Positions 57,646 to 64,000 of a stretch of DNA of 64,000 nucleotides are shown here, one piece after another. The position numbers and the translations under genes were made by a program. Location: the IMG/VR virus record IMGVR_UViG_3300035390_000014, positions 138,720 to 202,719 of that record. One strand, 5' to 3'. The first letter of the stretch is position 1. The number at the start of each line of letters is the position of its first letter. The notes beneath the pieces are model-generated. The model saw only the letters and a list, made by a program, of their open reading frames with translations, had not been told where the DNA came from and did no database searches. The stretch comes from a virus. Lineage: Duplodnaviria; Caudoviricetes.

Positions 57646-58455
57646 ATGGGAAATCCAATTCCTATTCAGGAAAGAAGTGTTGATCCTTATTCTAGTTATA
57701 ACTCAGATGTGGTAAACAAACTCACTAGAATTGTATCAGATGGTAAGAATACTTTATTAATGCCATCTCCAATATATGTTGAAATTGTTGATAATACTCA
57801 TGTTATGGCTAAAGCAGGTAAGGCAATAATGGATGATGTATTAATTGAAATAGAAGATTTAAGTGTAGATATGACCGATGGTTCTTTCTATCTCAATGTT
57901 GGAACTGGAACATGGGACGAATCTGGATATTATTATGTAGTTTTAGATTATCAGTATAATAAAATTTCGCCACCACCAGAGGCAAGTATAAAACTTATTA
58001 AACCATCCCAAAGAGGATCTTTATATGATCCATTATTACATTTATTTATATCCGCTATTTATGTAACAAACCCAGGTGGTGGATATGAAGTAAATGCTAT
58101 ATTTGAATATGATCCTGATAATCCATCTATTGCAAGAGAAGCAGTGGGTGGTGGTAGTCCTGGTACAACAGTTGTATATACTGAACTTGCATCTGGCAAC
58201 CATGAAGCTACTACTAATGATGATACTATAGTTATTGATACGTCACTTGGAAATGCTACTATTATATTACCATTAGCATCTACTTCAGAGCGTATGATTA
58301 GAATAGTAAAATTAACACCTGATGCTAATACGATAACAATTGAAGCTTACCCGGGTGACAGCATTGAAGGAAACGCATATAAAGTGTTATCTAATCAATA
58401 TGATGCTATATCAATAATACCATACCCAACAAATAATGTTTGGATTGAGGTATAA
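57646..58455 (+). CDS. probable virion (tail/baseplate-associated) protein
   Basis: Beta-rich; C-terminal DTIVIDTSLGNATIILP..MIRIVKL..NTITI module as seen in tail-fibre proteins. Confidence 0.55.
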   Translation: MGNPIPIQERSVDPYSSYNSDVVNKLTRIVSDGKNTLLMPSPIYVEIVDNTHVMAKAGKAIMDDVLIEIEDLSVDMTDGSFYLNVGTGTWDESGYYYVVLDYQYNKISPPPEASIKLIKPSQRGSLYDPLLHLFISAIYVTNPGGGYEVNAIFEYDPDNPSIAREAVGGGSPGTTVVYTELASGNHEATTNDDTIVIDTSLGNATIILPLASTSERMIRIVKLTPDANTITIEAYPGDSIEGNAYKVLSNQYDAISIIPYPTNNVWIEV

Positions 58456-58466
58456 GGAGGGTAACG

Positions 58467-58991
58467 ATGGATTATAAACATAGAAATGCAGTTAGTAAAG
58501 TTGCACACACAACAAGTGTAGGAAATGCAACATTTGATATTGGTAGTGGATTAACTGATAGATTTAGAAAAATTTATTCTCAAAACTTTGAAGGTGATAC
58601 ATCTGGTGCCTATTACGCTGATCTTGCAGAAAAATATACAGTAGACCCAGAAATTGAATTATCTATTGGAACTTTAATTGAAGTTTCTGATAGTGATTTT
58701 GATGCTGAGTTATGTGACACACCATTATCTCAACATGTTATTGGAGTTATATCTGAGAGTCCTGGTTTTCTAATGAATAAAGGATTAGAAGATAGTGCAG
58801 TTGTTGGTTTAGTAGGAACACTTCCAATTAAAGTTATTGGACCTGTTATGAAAAAAGATATATTAGTTTCTGCAGGTAAAGGTTGTTTAAGAGTGGCAGA
58901 AACAGAAGACGAATATAAATATAAAGTAGCAATTTCATTTGAAACAAATGATAACTATAATGAAAAATTAGTTAAATGTTTTATTAAATAA
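58467..58991 (+). CDS. protein with a tail-fibre autoproteolytic chaperone (peptidase G2-like) domain
   Basis: YADLAEKY, GVISESPG, VGLVGTLPIKV and GDIL-like KDILVS motifs. Confidence 0.65.
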   Translation: MDYKHRNAVSKVAHTTSVGNATFDIGSGLTDRFRKIYSQNFEGDTSGAYYADLAEKYTVDPEIELSIGTLIEVSDSDFDAELCDTPLSQHVIGVISESPGFLMNKGLEDSAVVGLVGTLPIKVIGPVMKKDILVSAGKGCLRVAETEDEYKYKVAISFETNDNYNEKLVKCFIK

Positions 58992-58995
58992 AGGA

Positions 58996-60111
58996 ATGGC
59001 GATGAACTTTGAATTTCAGTTAGTTTTGACAGAGAAATGTAATTTAAGATGCACTTATTGTTATATGAAAAAAAATCCTAAAGATATGACCAGGGCTATA
59101 TTTCATAAACATTATGACATGCTTCCTCATATGATGAAGAAGTATAATAAAACAACATATACAGCAGCTCTATTTGGTGGGGAACCATTATTAAATTGGG
59201 ATCTTATAGAATATATAACCCCAATTTTAAACAATGATCCTAAATGTAAACATATAATTATTATGTCAAATTGTATTGAATTGCAAGATGCTCATAAAAG
59301 AAAATTTTTAGAAGATAATAGAATAGCAATTTCAATGTCGTTTGATGGTTTATGGAATGAAACAAACAGACCATTACCTGGAGGTAAATCAAGTTTACCT
59401 ATTTATATGACTGAACCATTAAAATCTTATTTTACTGGCAAAGGCAGTTGCAAAGTTATGGTAGCTCCATCAAGTGTTCCAACAATGGTAAAGAATTTTA
59501 TTTGGTTTGTTGAAGAATATGGGATGCCATCTCCTGATTTTACATTAGTTAGAGATGATGTATGGACCAAAGAAGATGTTCAATTATTTGCTATAGAAAC
59601 TGAAAAATTAGCTAATGTTATAATTGAATATTTTAATAAAGGTAAGAATGTTATGGCCGGTTTTTTCTTACTTTATATTCTTGATTTAATGTTTGGTGAA
59701 TCATATGGAAAAAGACCTCATGGGTGTTTCGCTGGTTGTCATGGAGCGGGATTTATGCCTGATGGAAAAATTTATCCATGCGCTAGATTTGGTAGCAATG
59801 AAAAATTCCCGATTGCTGATTCAATTGAGAAAACTATTTATAGTACTTGTGATAAAATGAAAATCTCACAATTCTATAATCCTGCAACTTTTACTAAATG
59901 TCAAGAATGTGTTCTAAATAAATATTGTAATGCTGGGTGTAGCTTTCAACAACTTAAACCCGGAGGAAAAGAATTTGAATCAGCCCCAGTAGATAGCATA
60001 TGTGAATTATTAAAAATATGCTATAGTCAGTCAATGAGAATTACTAGAGAATTAAAAGACAACAAATTGTTTGTTGAAATGATCAAAAACTCAATTAAAA
60101 ATGTAGGCTAA
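58996..60111 (+). CDS. radical SAM/SPASM peptide maturase 1
   Basis: LTEKCNLRCTYCY, LFGGEPLLN, SFDG; SPASM GCFAG..IYPCARF..CQECVLNKYCNAGC..C. Confidence 0.9.
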   Translation: MAMNFEFQLVLTEKCNLRCTYCYMKKNPKDMTRAIFHKHYDMLPHMMKKYNKTTYTAALFGGEPLLNWDLIEYITPILNNDPKCKHIIIMSNCIELQDAHKRKFLEDNRIAISMSFDGLWNETNRPLPGGKSSLPIYMTEPLKSYFTGKGSCKVMVAPSSVPTMVKNFIWFVEEYGMPSPDFTLVRDDVWTKEDVQLFAIETEKLANVIIEYFNKGKNVMAGFFLLYILDLMFGESYGKRPHGCFAGCHGAGFMPDGKIYPCARFGSNEKFPIADSIEKTIYSTCDKMKISQFYNPATFTKCQECVLNKYCNAGCSFQQLKPGGKEFESAPVDSICELLKICYSQSMRITRELKDNKLFVEMIKNSIKNVG

Positions 60112-60129
60112 CAAGGAGAGAGAGAAAAA

Positions 60130-60612
60130 ATGGAAATTTTAAACGAAAAAGAAACTGTTATTTTTAAATCTGCAGAAACACTTCTGAATGTATCAACTTC
60201 ACTTAGAGAAATCAATCCTGACGTTGCACAAGCGGTTTTATTTTTGAGTGATAGACTTTTAAAAGCAGTTGAATTAGAACCTGTTACAGTAGAATCTGCT
60301 GCAGTAGAACTTGTTAATGTATGTAATGATGAATTATGTCCTGATTGCGGTGGTATTAAACAAGTTCAACATATTGTATGTAATGATGAATTGTGCCCTG
60401 ACTGTGGTGGCATTAAACAAGATGATATTGTAATTCTTGATCAAAAAGAATCTGTCGATGAATCTACTAACTGTCATGGTCATCAAGCTGATGGAACAGG
60501 GACTGGGCAAACTCAATCTCAAATGAATAAACAAGGTCCTAATAATCATGTTAGTTCTAATATTAAAAATGAGATTCAAGAAATGATTAATGAAATTAGA
60601 GGTACACTTTAA
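60130..60612 (+). CDS. accessory protein with a duplicated CNDELCPDCGGIKQ motif
   Basis: AAGGAG RBS; internal 14-aa repeat; polar C-terminus. Confidence 0.7.
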   Translation: MEILNEKETVIFKSAETLLNVSTSLREINPDVAQAVLFLSDRLLKAVELEPVTVESAAVELVNVCNDELCPDCGGIKQVQHIVCNDELCPDCGGIKQDDIVILDQKESVDESTNCHGHQADGTGTGQTQSQMNKQGPNNHVSSNIKNEIQEMINEIRGTL

Positions 60613-60614
60613 TT

Positions 60615-61646
60615 ATGGAAATAACTCAAGAAGAGATTGATGGTTTTTTTGGAGATATTAAAGAAATGTTTACTAAAAAAGAAATTAAAAAAGAATGTGA
60701 TTTAAAATGCAATGGTTGTACTTTGAATGCATGTAAAACTAACTCTTCTGTTATTACCCCTATAGAACCTACCAACACATTAAATACTAAAGTCAAAGAT
60801 AAATCAGGAACTCAAAGAACAAATGTTATTTATCTAAACACAGATTGTAATTTAAGATGTGAGTATTGCTATGAAGGTAATAGTAGAAATGGTTTACCTG
60901 ACCAAGCAAACTGTAAACCTAAAGATGTAGATGCATTTTTAAATGAAATAGTAAGTAGAGAAAAAGGTTGCATTTCAACAATTGTTATAATGGGAGGAGA
61001 ACCATTTCTTGCATTTGATATGATATTATACACAATGTATAAAGCTGCATCACTTACTAAAATAAAAGGAAATGGGTGGGGAATTAGTGTTGTAAGCAAC
61101 GGAACTTTATTTACTAAAGAAAAATTAACTAGGTATAAAGAAGCCATTGATAAAGTTAGTAAATACCATGTTAATATTTCTCAAGAAGTTAGTTATGATG
61201 GTAGTGGTCATTGGAAAAGAAAATGGCCGGATGGTTCTAATTCAAGACCACAAGTAGAAAAAGGGATTCAAAAATTAATTGATTTTGAAATTCCTTTTAA
61301 AATTAGTTATGTTGCTCATTCAGGTAATTATGATAGTATTGTTAAAGATTGTATTTATATTCTTGAAAAGTGGCCCAGACCTTATCCATATCGTATTACT
61401 GTCGGGTGGGCATATGAGGAACTGGATAAAGAACTTGGCCCAAATATGGCATTTAAATTAAAAGATGAGTTTAGACCCTATGCCATAAGATTACTTGATT
61501 TGTATGGTACTCCTATTTGTGGAAATACATGCGGATATTGTACTAAATGTAACCAAGAGAATTTTGTAGGAAATTCATATTTATCACCAACTACTGGCAT
61601 TTCGTATGATAATAAAACAACAGAACATAGCTTTAGACAATTTTAG
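60615..61646 (+). CDS. radical SAM protein 2 with extra terminal Cys clusters
   Basis: YLNTDCNLRCEYCYE, MGGEPFL, SNGT, SYDG; N-terminal CDLKCNGC and C-terminal CGNTCGYCTKC. Confidence 0.88.
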   Translation: MEITQEEIDGFFGDIKEMFTKKEIKKECDLKCNGCTLNACKTNSSVITPIEPTNTLNTKVKDKSGTQRTNVIYLNTDCNLRCEYCYEGNSRNGLPDQANCKPKDVDAFLNEIVSREKGCISTIVIMGGEPFLAFDMILYTMYKAASLTKIKGNGWGISVVSNGTLFTKEKLTRYKEAIDKVSKYHVNISQEVSYDGSGHWKRKWPDGSNSRPQVEKGIQKLIDFEIPFKISYVAHSGNYDSIVKDCIYILEKWPRPYPYRITVGWAYEELDKELGPNMAFKLKDEFRPYAIRLLDLYGTPICGNTCGYCTKCNQENFVGNSYLSPTTGISYDNKTTEHSFRQF

Positions 61647-61657
61647 GAGAGACCCCG

Positions 61658-62818
61658 ATGGCAAGTCAAAATCAGCAAGGTTTTAATAACGTAAAGATTT
61701 ATAGTATAGATTTAACAACTACAGATGATTGTAATTTTAATTGTAGTTATTGTTTTGAACATGGATATTTTAATAAAAATTATTTTGATAAGGTTGATTT
61801 ATTTATTCAACGAATGAATGAATTAATGGATTCTTTCTTTTTTAAATCCAATTATCAACTTCTTGGTATAGGATTTTGGGGTGGGGAACCAACTCTAAAT
61901 GAATCAGCTATAAAAAGATTAATTAAATATTATGGAAATGATGATCGAGTTAAATTCTTTATATATAGTAATGGTTCTAATATTGATCCATATATGGAAG
62001 TGTTAGAAAAATATAAAACAAAAACTTTATTTGGACATCCAAAACTTTGCATTCAAATGTCATATGACGGAATGCCTGTCCAAGATATTTGTAGAAAAGA
62101 TAAAGCTGGAAAATTAACATCATCAATGGTTAGATCTAATATTGAAAGATTATATAAAAGTAGAATACCTACTGTTATTAAATCTACTATTACTCCTGAT
62201 GCTGTTAAATATCTTCCAGCAGCTAGAAGAGATATTTTAGATTTAGTTAATAGTGGTGAAAATAATTTTTTTAGAAGCACAAATTTTTTCCCAACTATTG
62301 ATTATTATCATGTTGAAGAAATCAGTGATGTTTTGATGGAACAATATTTAATTGAATTAAAGAAAAGTTTAATTGAAATAGCTAAAGAAGAAATTGATTA
62401 TGCTAAGAATAATAATGGTCGTTTCTTTTTTGCATGGTTTAACCCTGGTAGGGCATTATGTTGTGCTGGGCGTGATATGGTTTGTATTAATTGGGATGGA
62501 AATATATTTAAATGTCATGGTTCAGTATATGAAGATGGAAAAGGTGAACATTTTTTAACTAGTTTAGATGATGATAATTTCATTGAAGCATTAATTGAAT
62601 CAAATAAAACACATAATACTAATTTTGGCGTTGAACCAGAAGAATGTAGAAACTGTGAGGCAACTTATTGTTTAAGATGTAATTCAGTTAAATATAATTA
62701 TAGTAAAAAAGATACTTACATTGAAAAATGGAGAGATTATTCTGACCAACCAAATCTATGTAAGTTTTATAAATTAAATGGCAAAATAGTTCATGCTATT
62801 AATGAGCTATTGAAATAA
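61658..62818 (+). CDS. radical SAM/SPASM peptide maturase 3
   Basis: TTDDCNFNCSYCFE, FWGGEPTLN, SNGS, SYDG; SPASM CCAG..GNIFKCHG..CRNCEATYCLRC..C. Confidence 0.9.
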   Translation: MASQNQQGFNNVKIYSIDLTTTDDCNFNCSYCFEHGYFNKNYFDKVDLFIQRMNELMDSFFFKSNYQLLGIGFWGGEPTLNESAIKRLIKYYGNDDRVKFFIYSNGSNIDPYMEVLEKYKTKTLFGHPKLCIQMSYDGMPVQDICRKDKAGKLTSSMVRSNIERLYKSRIPTVIKSTITPDAVKYLPAARRDILDLVNSGENNFFRSTNFFPTIDYYHVEEISDVLMEQYLIELKKSLIEIAKEEIDYAKNNNGRFFFAWFNPGRALCCAGRDMVCINWDGNIFKCHGSVYEDGKGEHFLTSLDDDNFIEALIESNKTHNTNFGVEPEECRNCEATYCLRCNSVKYNYSKKDTYIEKWRDYSDQPNLCKFYKLNGKIVHAINELLK

Positions 62819-62832
62819 TTTGGGGGTTAAAT

Positions 62833-63570
62833 ATGGGATGTACTGCACATACTAATACCACAGCTTGTACTGCACATACAGCGACTACAACTTGTGCCAC
62901 TCATGTAACAGGTCCTTGTGTACATGCAGAAACAACTACATGTGTAGCTCATGTAGAACTTGGATCTTCAGCTCCGCCTGGCACAGCTACTGTATGGACT
63001 GATGATCCTCTGACAACTTCTATTAAAATAAAACAAGAGCATCATAATGAATTAAGAGCTGCTATTAATACTGAATTACTTAGTCAAGGAAAAACCTGGC
63101 CAATTGATCCTGGTTATGTTTCACGTGGTATTAACAAAGTATTATATACCCATGTAAGACAATTAAGAGATGGGATCGATGAAGCTCAGGCATGGAGTTA
63201 TCCTTCTTACTTATCTGATTCATATACTGAAGTTGGAGATAAGGTTCTTAAGGATCAATATACTGCATTAAGAAGTCAAGTTAATTCAATAGAAACTGGT
63301 TGTCCTTGTGATTGTAATTATGGTTGTACTTGTCAATGTAATTATGCTTGCACATGTCAATGTAATTATGCTTGCACATGTCAATGTAATTATGCTTGCA
63401 CTTGTGATTGTAACTTCACAGTTTGTAGTTGTGATTGTAATTATTGCACTTGTAATTGTAACTATTGTACATGTGATTGCAACTATTGTACATGTGATTG
63501 CAACTATATTTGCACATGTAATTGTGCCTACTCTGATAAAAGACTAAAAACTGAAATAATTTATATGTAA
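62833..63570 (+). CDS. Cys-rich repeat protein A (putative radical SAM substrate, 35 Cys)
   Basis: N-terminal Cxx(x)H repeats, a central WTDDPL..HHNELRAAI duplicated helical module, ten CxCxC units and an SDKRLK tail. Confidence 0.85.
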   Translation: MGCTAHTNTTACTAHTATTTCATHVTGPCVHAETTTCVAHVELGSSAPPGTATVWTDDPLTTSIKIKQEHHNELRAAINTELLSQGKTWPIDPGYVSRGINKVLYTHVRQLRDGIDEAQAWSYPSYLSDSYTEVGDKVLKDQYTALRSQVNSIETGCPCDCNYGCTCQCNYACTCQCNYACTCQCNYACTCDCNFTVCSCDCNYCTCNCNYCTCDCNYCTCDCNYICTCNCAYSDKRLKTEIIYM

Positions 63571-64000
63571 ATTATTTAAAAATATACGGAGGACTATTTA
63601 TGGCATGCACTGATCATACAAATACTACAACATGTGGTGCTCATGCTGCAACTGTAGCCTGTACAACTCATTCTAATACTGTCACATGTACTAGTCATAC
63701 TAACGCAACTTGCACATGTAATTGTAATTATGCTTGCACTTGCCAATGTAATTATTCTTGCACTTGTGATTGTAATTATGCCTGTACTTGTCAATGCAAT
63801 TATGCTTGTACTTGTCAGTGTAACTATTCTTGTACTTGTGATTGTAATTATTGCACTTGTGATTGTAACTATTGTACTTGTGATTGTAACTATTGTACTT
63901 GTAATTGTAACTATATTTGTACATGCAATTGCGCATATTCAGATAAAAGACTAAAAACTGAAATAATTTATATGTAAATTATTTAAAAAATATACGGAGG
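63535..64000 (+). repeat. near-perfect direct repeat (63535-63592 and 63942-64000) covering the gene tail, spacer and next RBS
   Basis: GATAAAAGACTAAAAACTGAAATAATTTATATGTAAATTATTTAAAAA(A)TATACGGAGG occurs twice, differing by one A. Confidence 0.9.
63600..63977 (+). CDS. Cys-rich repeat protein B (putative radical SAM substrate, 34 of 125 aa Cys)
   Basis: GGAGG RBS; four CxxH repeats, ten CTCxC(N/A)Y units, tail identical to protein A. Confidence 0.88.
   Translation: MACTDHTNTTTCGAHAATVACTTHSNTVTCTSHTNATCTCNCNYACTCQCNYSCTCDCNYACTCQCNYACTCQCNYSCTCDCNYCTCDCNYCTCDCNYCTCNCNYICTCNCAYSDKRLKTEIIYM

Noticed and set aside
1150-62280. Many short ORF-track entries antisense to or overlapping long genes (e.g. 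1150, 2967, 5072, 14244, 35746, 43956, 60334, 62053)
   Set aside because: They have no RBS or motifs and lie opposite well-supported genes; treated as spurious.
63300-63940. CRISPR array or DGR-like repeats
   Set aside because: The 21-24 bp periodicity is in-frame coding for Cys units with synonymous variation. There are no unique spacers, and no cas or reverse transcriptase gene is in the window.
63308-63954. Alternative-frame ORFs (63308+, 63594-, 63700-, 63730+)
   Set aside because: They are frame shadows of the TGT/AAT/TAT repeats and lack an RBS; the Cys frames have RBS and paralogy.

Overview
AT-rich segment of a large T4-like (myovirus/jumbo-type) phage genome. Evidence: gp20-like portal, gp21-like prohead protease, gp23-like major capsid protein, family B DNA polymerase, DnaB/gp41-like helicase, a tRNA cluster, several free-standing homing endonucleases and a recurring AGAACATATTATAAAT promoter-like motif. 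Layout: + strand 1-37.7 kb (RNA/translation accessory genes, DNA modification, replication, head; small - strand island at 9.9-10.8 kb), - strand 37.9-56.6 kb (metabolic accessory genes), + strand from 56.7 kb (tail-associated genes, radical SAM cluster). Long genes are intact in code 11. Best candidate for an undescribed system: 59.0-64.0 kb, three radical SAM enzymes plus a small repeat protein upstream of at least two Cys-rich paralogues, each with CxxH repeats, exactly ten CxCxC(N/A)(Y/F) units and an identical SDKRLKTEIIYM tail. Other leads: a four-enzyme deamidated NAD+ salvage set (PncA-like, PncB, NadD, NadE); an amber-interrupted leader peptide ending RPP, upstream of a Pth2-like gene and a CUA-anticodon tRNA; an in-frame UGA with a SECIS-like hairpin; a UDG-PolB fusion; 7-deazaguanine and glycosylation genes; several unexplained structured RNAs. 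All calls come from reading motifs by eye; no database searches were run.
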